Part shown: one piece after another, positions 27,503 through 35,918 of the stretch
Layout of the letters: every line of letters begins with the position of its first letter
Numbering within the stretch: position 1 is the stretch's first letter
Source of the DNA: an uncultured bacterium
GTDB taxonomy: Bacteria > Zixibacteria > MSB-5A5 > UBA10806
Direction: 5' to 3'
Assembly: GCA_965541585.1 (NCBI GenBank)
Contig: CBEUCH010000007.1
Location: 96,001-160,000, forward strand
Length of the DNA stretch: 64,000 nt
Program-made: the position numbers and the translations under genes
Notes under the pieces: model-generated
The model's input: only the letters and a program-made list of their open reading frames with translations
Told to the model about the DNA's origin: nothing
Databases searched by the model: none

Positions 27503-28408
27503 ATGAAAAAGTTCAGCATTCTGATTCTGGCGATTTCGTTCTTGTTCAACGGTCAGCAAGTGCTGGCGCAATCCAAAACCAAATACAGGGCTTTCAAGCC
27601 GTCAAAAGCCGGCGACAGCGTATTCTTGAAATCTGGTACAAGAAGCCTCAGGTACTATGTCCTGGAGGCAGGTAAAACAATGTATCTTGAAGTTACCGGC
27701 CCGACCCGGATCAAGCTTCGCAGCCGGGCAAGCCTCGGCCTTGTCGATTCGGGGGATTATGATCTGTATGTCTGGGAAGGCAAAGAGTTGATTGCCAGCC
27801 GAAAAGTGGGGACCTCGAAATCCAAGCTGATAATTGATGGCACAAGTGAATATGTCGGGCTGGCGAGGGATATCTTTTTCAAAGTACCCCGGGGGACGCA
27901 TACCTATAGCATCTCAGCAAGATCCGAGAAAATCGATAAATTTTATCTGCGGTTCTATCGGCAGAAAAAGAATAAGAAGAAAGCCACCTATATTCCATAC
28001 CGACCGTACGATTACTCTAAAGAGGCTAAACTAAAAACCCAAAAATCAGAAATCCCATATTATCTGGTTGAGAGGGATGGTGGCGTCAGCCTCAAGGTGA
28101 TTGGCCCAACCAAAATCGGCATTTTTTGCCGCGCTAATTTCGATGCCACCGTCGAGGATAAATCAAAATTCGCTCTTGGAGTATACGAGAAGGGGAAATC
28201 GATCGAAATGTTCACCGGAATTGCGAAAAAGTCTAAAAAGCTGGCATTTTCAGACCTGCCCGGTCTAATACCGTCGACTTTGCATAAGTTTTATCTCGAT
28301 GTTCCCACCGGGGAGCATATCTATGAGTTTAAGAAAGTAAACTCGCCTGCGCCGAATCTGGCGGTGCGGTTTAAGATTCTGGAAAATACCCTTGGTAAGA
28401 AGAGATGA
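27503..28408 (+). CDS. Exported Lys/Arg-rich protein with an internally duplicated beta domain
   Basis: Signal peptide MKKFSILILAISFLF; duplicated YYVL..V.GPT.I..R and VP.G.H.Y motifs. Confidence 0.75.
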   Translation: MKKFSILILAISFLFNGQQVLAQSKTKYRAFKPSKAGDSVFLKSGTRSLRYYVLEAGKTMYLEVTGPTRIKLRSRASLGLVDSGDYDLYVWEGKELIASRKVGTSKSKLIIDGTSEYVGLARDIFFKVPRGTHTYSISARSEKIDKFYLRFYRQKKNKKKATYIPYRPYDYSKEAKLKTQKSEIPYYLVERDGGVSLKVIGPTKIGIFCRANFDATVEDKSKFALGVYEKGKSIEMFTGIAKKSKKLAFSDLPGLIPSTLHKFYLDVPTGEHIYEFKKVNSPAPNLAVRFKILENTLGKKR

Positions 28409-29478
28409 CCGGACCGCAATATCCGAATAAGATCGACTACGTACCTTTTCTGACGCTGATTCTGGCGTTGCTCGTCTGGTCGCCTGCCGGTGCTCAAAAA
28501 AAAGAGAAGGCCCCTGAGCCCCGAAAGCTGCAGATGCTTTTTTTAGATGCCAGGATGGAGCTGACATATGACGACAACATAATAAATTATTCCGATGCCG
28601 ATCTCGATCTTTACAGTGATAACGCCCGGCCCGATAAGTTCCTTATAGAATCGGAAGATGATTGGATCATAACCAGCCGAATCGAATCGCGGCTTAAGGG
28701 GGGATTCATCTCGGGTAGAACCGCCTGGATAGATCTTAATTTTACTAATTATTTCTACGTCAGAAATGAGGTTCGTCGCTACCAGAAATACGGTTTATCC
28801 GGCCGACAATATTTCATGCGTGGAGGGTATGCTGAGATTGAGTATTTTTATATTCCGGATTATTATTATCGTAACCTCTATAATGATTCATACATCGAAG
28901 CCAGCTTTTCCAAGCATTTCCTGAAAGCTGAAGTGGGGTTTAATTTGCTGCCATCGCTTAAGGGCGATATCTCGTATCGGTTCCAGAGCAAAAGCTTCAA
29001 CGAGGAGGTGCGGGAACGCGATTTGACAGTCAACGGTGTGAGGCTCGATGGAATCTGGAAAGCATCGAAGAAGTTCAAATTCTGGGCTTATTATAGTTTT
29101 GAGCGGGCCATAGCAAGGGGGGCGGATGATCCCGATCCTGATATCAAGGATGTCTCGTATGATGCCTGGGGAATAACTCTGGGGAGCAGGCATTATAGCC
29201 CGTATCTGCGCAGATTGAAGCCTCAGCTGGTTCTCTCGCTTCAATATCGAAAGATCAAATTCCAGACGACGAAATACCGAGATATCTATAGATTCCTCCG
29301 CCGGGATAACAATTACGAATTCAGGATCGGTACCGCCTGGCAGCTTCTCTATAATGTTGGCCTGGATATCGATTACAGGCTGCAGGCGAAGCGTTCGGAT
29401 ATTTCTGATCCCCTGGCGAAAAGCCTGCTGGAATACGACTCCAATTCCATATCATTCGAATTTAAAAGAAGATTCTAA
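28405..29478 (+). CDS. Putative outer-membrane beta-barrel protein
   Basis: Signal peptide, YDDNI N-terminal motif, alternating aromatic/hydrophobic strands, C-terminal Phe (ISFEFKRRF). Confidence 0.7.
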   Translation: MTGPQYPNKIDYVPFLTLILALLVWSPAGAQKKEKAPEPRKLQMLFLDARMELTYDDNIINYSDADLDLYSDNARPDKFLIESEDDWIITSRIESRLKGGFISGRTAWIDLNFTNYFYVRNEVRRYQKYGLSGRQYFMRGGYAEIEYFYIPDYYYRNLYNDSYIEASFSKHFLKAEVGFNLLPSLKGDISYRFQSKSFNEEVRERDLTVNGVRLDGIWKASKKFKFWAYYSFERAIARGADDPDPDIKDVSYDAWGITLGSRHYSPYLRRLKPQLVLSLQYRKIKFQTTKYRDIYRFLRRDNNYEFRIGTAWQLLYNVGLDIDYRLQAKRSDISDPLAKSLLEYDSNSISFEFKRRF

Positions 29479-29485
29479 AAGTCGC

Positions 29486-29514
29486 TTGACCGGAAGAGTC
29501 GAAGCGGGTATAAT
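29486..29514 (+). promoter_or_regulatory. Sigma70 promoter upstream of pcm
   Basis: TTGACC-17 nt-TATAAT. Confidence 0.75.
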
Positions 29515-29538
29515 CTTTCCGGGTAAGTATTATTCGCC

Positions 29539-30234
29539 ATGACTATTTTACTGGCTGTATTAATGATGTTTCCAAAACCACCGGATAGTCCCGACTACCA
29601 TAAGCGGCGTCTGGGGATGGTGGAACACCAGATAGTGGCGCGCGGGGTTTCTGACAATAATGTCCTGAATTCCATGAGAGATGTACCGCGCCATCTTTTT
29701 GTCCCGGAAGGTCTGCGAACGAGCGCTTACGACGATAGTCCGCTGCCGATCGGATCGGGCCAGACCATCAGCCAGCCGTATATTGTTGCCCTGATGACAG
29801 AACTCTTAAAACCCGATTCCGCAGATGTGATCCTCGAAATCGGCACCGGCTCTGGCTACCAGGCGGCTGTCCTGGCTGAGATCGTCGACACGGTTTACTC
29901 AATCGAAATTATCTGCGAGCTTCAGGAAAGAGCTGATTCCACGTTGACGGCTCTCGGATATACGAATGTCCATACCCGTTGTGGTGACGGCTATGGCGGC
30001 TGGCCGGAGGCGGCGCCATTCGACGGCATAATTGTTACGGCGGCGCCGGAGAAGGTGCCGAGGCCGCTTTTAGAGCAACTCAAAGACGGCGGCCGACTCG
30101 TAATCCCTGTGGGGGACATGATTCAATTCCTCGAGGTCCACACCAGGCGGGGAGGAAAATTCACTAAAGAGCGGAGTGTACCGGTGAGATTCGTTCCCAT
30201 GACAGGCAAGACGGAGGAGGAAGCCGATGAATAG
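29539..30234 (+). CDS. pcm: Protein-L-isoaspartate O-methyltransferase
   Basis: VPRHLFV, AY.D.PLPIG.GQTISQPYIVA.M, LEIGTGSGYQAA, APFDGIIVTAA, VRFVPM. Confidence 0.96.
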   Translation: MTILLAVLMMFPKPPDSPDYHKRRLGMVEHQIVARGVSDNNVLNSMRDVPRHLFVPEGLRTSAYDDSPLPIGSGQTISQPYIVALMTELLKPDSADVILEIGTGSGYQAAVLAEIVDTVYSIEIICELQERADSTLTALGYTNVHTRCGDGYGGWPEAAPFDGIIVTAAPEKVPRPLLEQLKDGGRLVIPVGDMIQFLEVHTRRGGKFTKERSVPVRFVPMTGKTEEEADE

Positions 30235-31264
30235 AAAGCCGCTATTAGTGCTTTCAGGCGCACTATTGATTCTGGCATCATGCATATCACATGATGTGGA
30301 GTTCGAGGGCAAAACCGTCATCAGCTCCGACGGAAAGATTCGCAGGTCGGGAGAGCTTAAGATAAGCCTTTCGGGTGACAGGGATGTTGAGAAAGATCTA
30401 TCCCATGCGATGAAGTTTTATACCGATAATTTCGTACCGCCCGATTCAGATTTATTCGAGATTCAACATACGTTCATCGACAGCGTCTTGACTATAACAT
30501 GGACCGGCGAGATAGATTTAGCCGACTTGCCGATTTCGGATTATACGCATCGTATCGGCGACGGCCCTGCAGCAAGCAATAAAATCAGTCTGCAGAAAAA
30601 AAGCCGGTGGTTTTACAATGACTTTAGCTATACCGAGATTTACTCCGATCCGGTCGATACGGTGAAGTTTTATCCCCTGGTCCAGGATGCATTCTCAAAA
30701 GCGTCGGATGATATTATGAATCTTATGCCGATGGAAGGGCTTAGAGACCGTCAGGGAGCAAGAGATCTCCTGGGAGAAATAGAGACTGTGGCCGGTATAG
30801 ACCTGCTCCGGGCATTTATGGCGTATCCTCGTCGAATGGACAGCCTATCCGAGGAGCACGAGCATTATGTTTATATGGTTGCCGATAGCCTGGCTGCTTT
30901 CGCCGGCGTCAAGCTGGATCCCGATTCTCTGAGCAGCTTGCTGGGGTCAGTATACGACGCCGTATGGGATACTCTTTTGTCGGACCATCCGGGTTTGTTC
31001 GGCAGTTACGGAATTGTAGAGCCCGAGGAGCACAGATTTAAGATCGAGATTGTCTATCCCGGCTGCCTTTCCAGCAGCAACGCCGACAGCACTTTTGGAA
31101 AGGCAGGCATCTGGATTTTTGATAATCTCGATTTCTTCGCCGGCGAGAAGAGGATTGAATTAACATGCAGAATCTGGTCGTGGGTCAATGTGGCTATTAC
31201 GGTGGTGGTGATCTTGATCGTGCTGGCCGTTATATTATGGCCCATAAGGAGGAAGCGCTCATAA
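30227..31264 (+). CDS. Hypothetical lipoprotein with C-terminal membrane anchor
   Basis: Lipobox LASC; C-terminal TM helix followed by RRKRS. Confidence 0.7.
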   Translation: MNRKPLLVLSGALLILASCISHDVEFEGKTVISSDGKIRRSGELKISLSGDRDVEKDLSHAMKFYTDNFVPPDSDLFEIQHTFIDSVLTITWTGEIDLADLPISDYTHRIGDGPAASNKISLQKKSRWFYNDFSYTEIYSDPVDTVKFYPLVQDAFSKASDDIMNLMPMEGLRDRQGARDLLGEIETVAGIDLLRAFMAYPRRMDSLSEEHEHYVYMVADSLAAFAGVKLDPDSLSSLLGSVYDAVWDTLLSDHPGLFGSYGIVEPEEHRFKIEIVYPGCLSSSNADSTFGKAGIWIFDNLDFFAGEKRIELTCRIWSWVNVAITVVVILIVLAVILWPIRRKRS

Positions 31265-31339
31265 GGTCGCTCTGAATCTGTGCAACCAGGATGACTGCGA
31301 ATCGTAGAAGAAGATGCAAATATATCGAGGGAGAATGAT

Positions 31340-31777
31340 ATGACCAAAAAACTCTACAGGTCCAGAACCGACAGCATGATAGCGGGCGTCTGCGGCGGGC
31401 TGGCCGAATATTTCGATATCGACGCTTCATTGGTTCGGGTCGGGGCGGTGCTTTTTACGCTGGCCTGGGGATCAGGCCTTCTGGCCTACGTGATACTCTG
31501 GCTGGTGGTTACTCAGAAACCACTGGAGTCGTCGGTGACGGAGAGCGAAGGCGAGCAAAAAGCGACGGATGAGGCAAGCGAGCCGGATAAACTGGAGAGA
31601 GATAAGGGCATTATGTTCGTGGGGATAATCCTCACGGTTCTGGGAGCCTTATTGCTTATGAATAACTATATATCCTTTGCCTGGTTGTCATTTCGCAGGC
31701 TCTGGCCGCTTTTGATTATTTTCATTGGACTTATGATCATTATGAAAGGGTCCGGCAGCAGGGGCGATGAGAGTTAG
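31340..31777 (+). CDS. pspC: PspC domain protein with LiaF/DUF5668-like TM region
   Basis: KKLYRSRTDSMIAGVCGGLAEYFDID..LVR; C-terminal G.ILTVLG..LL...LWPLLIIFIG. Confidence 0.88.
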   Translation: MTKKLYRSRTDSMIAGVCGGLAEYFDIDASLVRVGAVLFTLAWGSGLLAYVILWLVVTQKPLESSVTESEGEQKATDEASEPDKLERDKGIMFVGIILTVLGALLLMNNYISFAWLSFRRLWPLLIIFIGLMIIMKGSGSRGDES

Positions 31778-32699
31778 CTCGATCAGATGGGGCGTTATCT
31801 GGGTGGGGATCGGTTTTTTCTTTCTGGCCATTAACCTTGAGACGCTGGACAGCCTTGTTTTCCCCAGGCTTTTTTCTCTCTGGCCGGTTCTTCTGATTGC
31901 CGTCGGCGTTGAGCTGATTTTCAGAAAAACCAAATTCTATTTTTTTGCGCTTCTCTCGCCGCTTCTGATAGCCGGCGCCTTCGTACTTGCGGCATCTCAT
32001 AAGAGCGGGCCCGGTTGGGACTTCGAAGGATTCTTACGAAGCTGGTCCTGGCGATACGAGGGTGAAAAAATCGATCTGGTTGAGATTCCTCTTGACGACG
32101 CCATTGATACCGTCGATATAGTCCTGGATTGTGGTCCCGTCGAATTCGCATTCCAGTCTGTTCCCGGGAGGCTTTTCTCTGCGGAAACCAGGTATTATAA
32201 GAGAGGTCCGGTCATCTCTCATCGGAGAGAAGGCGAAGTGGAGTTTATCAGGTTTGAAGATCGCGAAAAACCCGGGTGGAGCTTACTTAATATAGTGAGA
32301 TCGGCGCGGCAAACCGATTTTAAAATCCCCGGCCGATTGCCTCTCAAAATGGACATTTCGACCGAAGCCGACTTCCCCGATCTCAATTTCTCGAATATTC
32401 GACTTGTTGATCTGGAATTATATGTCAGATCGGGCGAGGTAGCGTTACGGTTGGGCGATCTGGAGGATTCGGTGAAGGTCGAGATCTCCGGCAAAACCGG
32501 CGAGCTTTCGATAATAATCCCATCCAACCTCGGCCTGCAGATTACTGGAGATCCCGGCAGGCTCGACGATGCGCTGGCGGAGACCGACCTGGTAGAATTT
32601 CCCGGAGGTTATCATTCTGATGATTTCGGCGAAGCGGAACAGAAGGTATATATATTGATAGACGCGAGAGTAAACGAGGTTTCTATCCGCCGGAACTAG
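31767..32699 (+). CDS. LiaI/LiaF-like (DUF5668) envelope-stress membrane protein
   Basis: WGVIWVGIG...N......LWPVLLIAVGVELI, then an extracytoplasmic beta-rich domain; overlaps pspC. Confidence 0.7.
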   Translation: MRVSSIRWGVIWVGIGFFFLAINLETLDSLVFPRLFSLWPVLLIAVGVELIFRKTKFYFFALLSPLLIAGAFVLAASHKSGPGWDFEGFLRSWSWRYEGEKIDLVEIPLDDAIDTVDIVLDCGPVEFAFQSVPGRLFSAETRYYKRGPVISHRREGEVEFIRFEDREKPGWSLLNIVRSARQTDFKIPGRLPLKMDISTEADFPDLNFSNIRLVDLELYVRSGEVALRLGDLEDSVKVEISGKTGELSIIIPSNLGLQITGDPGRLDDALAETDLVEFPGGYHSDDFGEAEQKVYILIDARVNEVSIRRN

Positions 32700-32932
32700 A
32701 TTGTCTTTTCGGGAATCACAGTTCCCGAATGATCTGACGAAAAATATATTCACCGTCACTAACGCATAGCAATATATAAACTGTTTTCAGTTTTTAGGGA
32801 ATAAAATTCAAATTTGAATGTATATAATATAGAAGCCGGCTGATACAGGCTGTATCAAAGATCAATAACGTAAAATCAGAATAGCTCTAAATGTGTGGTA
32901 TGCTTCGGAAGCACCAAGAGAGGGAGGGAGTA

Positions 32933-34981
32933 ATGAAAATCACGAAGTCATTATGTATCGTAACGGCAATCCTTGTAGCAGTACTTTATGGTATCTCCTT
33001 TACGGGAGCGACAGGTTCGATCAAGGGAAAAGTAACAGATGAACATGGCATCGGGATACCAGGGGTGGCCGTGCAGATCGACGGAACAACGATGGGGGCG
33101 GCGGCGAGTTTCGACGGCTCTTATGTTATTCTGAATGTACCCCCCGGAAACTATACCTTAATCGCAAGCAGTATAGGGTATAGCCGGATGACAATCGATA
33201 GTGTCGTTGTTGTCGCGGATAGCACCACAGAAATTGATTTCCAGTTGACTTCGGAAGCCATCAAAACTGGAGATGTTGTTGTTATGGCCCGGAAAGAACA
33301 GATAAGAGAATATGAAACCAGCATCGATATGAGAATATCGGGTTCGAATATGAAATCGCCCACAACCAATGTAGGAGATGTGCTACGAAATACAGCGGGA
33401 TTTGTAGGTCAAAACGGTGTGTTTCATGCACGGGGCGGTCGCGGTGGAGAGGTATCGTTTATGGTCGACGGAGTCGAGATAAAAGGACGTTTAGGCGGTC
33501 TTGATTTTAGACATCGCTCTATTCACTATCCCCCATTCAATATTGAACATAACACAGAGGCCTACGACCGAATCTACGAAAACGAATTCCTTGACGCCCT
33601 CTCCAATCCTCTTTCGACCTTTTCCATAGACGTCGATGCGGCATCGTACAGCAATACCCGTCGCTTCTTAAATGACGGTTATCTTCCGCCGCCCGACGCC
33701 GTGCGGATCGAGGAATTTATCAACTATTTCAGCTATGAATATCCCCAGCCTGATGACGGTATGCCGTTCTCCATCACAACCGAGGTTTCGGAATGTCCCT
33801 GGGAAAATAAGCATAGACTGTTGCATATCGGCCTGCAGGGAAAAAATGTGCCAATGGAAGACATTCCTCCCGGAAATCTGGTATTCTTGCTCGACGTATC
33901 CGGCTCGATGAATCGTCCGGCTAAGCTGCCGCTATTGAAATCCGCGTTCAAACTCCTTGTAAAGCAACTGCGTGATGAAGACAGGGTGGCTATCGTTGTG
34001 TACGCCGGTGCGTCGGGACTGGTTTTATCGTCGACACCCGGCAGTCAAAAAGAAACGATAATAAATGCGATCGAAAATCTATATCCCGGCGGAAGCACGG
34101 CGGGGGCGGCCGGAATTAAGCTCGCCTATGAGATCGCCAAAAAGAACTTTATCAAAGGCGGCAACAACCGTGTGATCCTCGCAACCGACGGCGATTTCAA
34201 TGTCGGTGTTTCCAGCGACGGCGAACTGGTTCGTATTATCGAAGAAAAGCGCGAGCAGGGAGTCTTTTTGACCGTGCTCGGTTTTGGGACCGGCAACTAT
34301 AAAGACTCCAGGATGGAGAAACTGGCCGACAAGGGTAACGGCAACTACGCCTATATCGACAATATCATGGAGGCAAAGAAGGTCCTGGTCAATGAATTGG
34401 GTGGCACGCTGTTTACTATCGCCAAGGATGTCAAAATTCAGCTTGAATTCAACCCTGCGAAAGTTCTGGCTTATCGTCTGATCGGATACGAAAACAGGAT
34501 GCTCAAAAAGGAAGATTTCAATGACGACAAGAAAGACGCCGGAGAGATTGGCTCGGGGCATACGGTAACTGCCATTTACGAAATCATTCCCGCCGGGACC
34601 GATATGAAAGTCGCCGATGTTGATCCCTTGAAGTATCAACGGTCCAGTATCGATCCGGACGCTTATGAAAGCGCCGAACTTATGACAATCAAGTTTCGAT
34701 ATAAGGAGCCCGACGGCGACAAGAGCAAACTCATAACAGTTTCGGTTCTGAGTCAGGAAATGAAATTAGCGAAAACCAGCGACAATTTCAGGTTTTCAGC
34801 TGCGGTGGCTGAGTTCGGGATGCTCCTTCGCGATTCGAAATTCAAAGGGGACTCTGATTACGATCAGGTCGTCGAGCTTGCCTCGGGGGCAAAGGGAGAG
34901 GATTCCGAGGATTATCGAGTGGAGTTTATCAGGCTGGTCAAGCTGAGCAAAGATCTCTCGAAATCGGTGGCGGAGAGATAA
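32933..34981 (+). CDS. YfbK-like vWA domain protein with N-terminal carboxypeptidase-regulatory-like domain and plug-like segment
   Basis: GSIKGKVTD..G.PG..V, STFSIDVD.ASY, RIEEFINYF, LVFLLDVSGSM (MIDAS), ILATDGDFNVG, YRLIGYENR; ATG 32933 after GGAG. Confidence 0.9.
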   Translation: MKITKSLCIVTAILVAVLYGISFTGATGSIKGKVTDEHGIGIPGVAVQIDGTTMGAAASFDGSYVILNVPPGNYTLIASSIGYSRMTIDSVVVVADSTTEIDFQLTSEAIKTGDVVVMARKEQIREYETSIDMRISGSNMKSPTTNVGDVLRNTAGFVGQNGVFHARGGRGGEVSFMVDGVEIKGRLGGLDFRHRSIHYPPFNIEHNTEAYDRIYENEFLDALSNPLSTFSIDVDAASYSNTRRFLNDGYLPPPDAVRIEEFINYFSYEYPQPDDGMPFSITTEVSECPWENKHRLLHIGLQGKNVPMEDIPPGNLVFLLDVSGSMNRPAKLPLLKSAFKLLVKQLRDEDRVAIVVYAGASGLVLSSTPGSQKETIINAIENLYPGGSTAGAAGIKLAYEIAKKNFIKGGNNRVILATDGDFNVGVSSDGELVRIIEEKREQGVFLTVLGFGTGNYKDSRMEKLADKGNGNYAYIDNIMEAKKVLVNELGGTLFTIAKDVKIQLEFNPAKVLAYRLIGYENRMLKKEDFNDDKKDAGEIGSGHTVTAIYEIIPAGTDMKVADVDPLKYQRSSIDPDAYESAELMTIKFRYKEPDGDKSKLITVSVLSQEMKLAKTSDNFRFSAAVAEFGMLLRDSKFKGDSDYDQVVELASGAKGEDSEDYRVEFIRLVKLSKDLSKSVAER

Positions 34982-34999
34982 TAATGGCGATATTCAAAA

Positions 35000-35025
35000 G
35001 GCGTCAGGTCGGGCGACCTGACGCC
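35000..35025. repeat. Perfect 12-bp inverted repeat (REP-like or terminator)
   Basis: GGCGTCAGGTCG-GG-CGACCTGACGCC. Confidence 0.7.
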
Positions 35026-35114
35026 GCATCTTAAAACTAAACAAAAAGCCTTTATATTGCTTGATGACAGGGTGAAATCGATTACGATCAACACGTATTG
35101 AGTAAAGAGCGCTT

Positions 35115-35141
35115 TGGTTACCAAGCGCGGCTTGGTAACCA
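35115..35141. repeat. Perfect 12-bp inverted repeat (REP-like or terminator)
   Basis: TGGTTACCAAGC-GCG-GCTTGGTAACCA. Confidence 0.7.
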
Positions 35142-35161
35142 GGGGAATAATTAAGCGATTA

Positions 35162-35683
35162 TCATTGATCCGGGTTTCGCGCCAGGCGGGTGATTACCGC
35201 CAGGTGATAATCATCGTGCTCGGCTGCGAAAGCTGCCATGTCGACTAATCTCATGGGTATTTTCAGTCGCGGATGCTTGGCGGAACGGCCAACGATCTCC
35301 TCCTCCTGCTCCTCCAGCCGACCCAGGAAATTCATACGAACCGTTCTGAATGATTCTATAACAGTATCAACATCCTGGCTGTTGTAATCGGCGTCGAAAG
35401 TGCGGCGGTTTTTCATATCGGCGGGACGAAGGGTATCCTTGCCGGCAAGAAAATCGTCTGTTCTGCCGTCGAAAAGCTCCTCCACCTTGATGAGATGCCC
35501 GACGTTCTCCTGTATCGACCATTTGCCGTCGGCTCTTTTTGTCAGCCCCGCTTCGGGTATATTTCTTACAAGCTCCTTGACCCTGGCCGGAGTGCCGCGC
35601 AGCCTCTCTAAGATACATGGGAATACGCCGACTGCAAAATTGAACTCGAATTTCCTATCTATCCATTTTGTTAATTCTACCAT
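35162..35683 (-). CDS. DinB/YfiT family protein
   Basis: KWSIQENVGHL, HP, AEHDDYHL metal-binding histidines. Confidence 0.88.
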   Translation of the reverse strand: MVELTKWIDRKFEFNFAVGVFPCILERLRGTPARVKELVRNIPEAGLTKRADGKWSIQENVGHLIKVEELFDGRTDDFLAGKDTLRPADMKNRRTFDADYNSQDVDTVIESFRTVRMNFLGRLEEQEEEIVGRSAKHPRLKIPMRLVDMAAFAAEHDDYHLAVITRLARNPDQ

Positions 35684-35746
35684 GATACGCTCCTTTTATG
35701 AGAATATACGCTTGAATTTATCCCGGGGTTACCGGTTTTTATATCC

Positions 35747-35806
35747 GTAGGGGTGGATTCAAAATCGACCCGAAAAAGAGCGGGCAGGTCTGAGACTTGC
35801 CCCTTC
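35747..35806. repeat. Inverted pair of degenerate GTAG-type REP palindromes (REPIN-like)
   Basis: GTAGGGGTGGATTCAAAATCGACCC (35747-35771) and GGGCAGGTCTGAGACTTGCCCCTTC (35782-35806). Confidence 0.65.
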
Positions 35807-35808
35807 GC

Positions 35809-35856
35809 TGTAATTCCTGCGTAATCGAAGATCCCCGAAGGGAAAGCAGGAATCCA
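35809..35856. repeat. Copy of the 2452-2478 palindrome with a loop insertion
   Basis: TGTAATTCCTGCG[TAATCGAAGATCCCCGAAGGGA]AAGCAGGAATCCA versus TGTCATTCCTGCG[G]AAGCAGGAATCCA. Confidence 0.8.
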
Positions 35857-35918
35857 GAGGTGATTTTGCCTGTTCTGTACTTGGTTTGGAATCCAACTTT
35901 TTGCTTTATTGGGATTAG

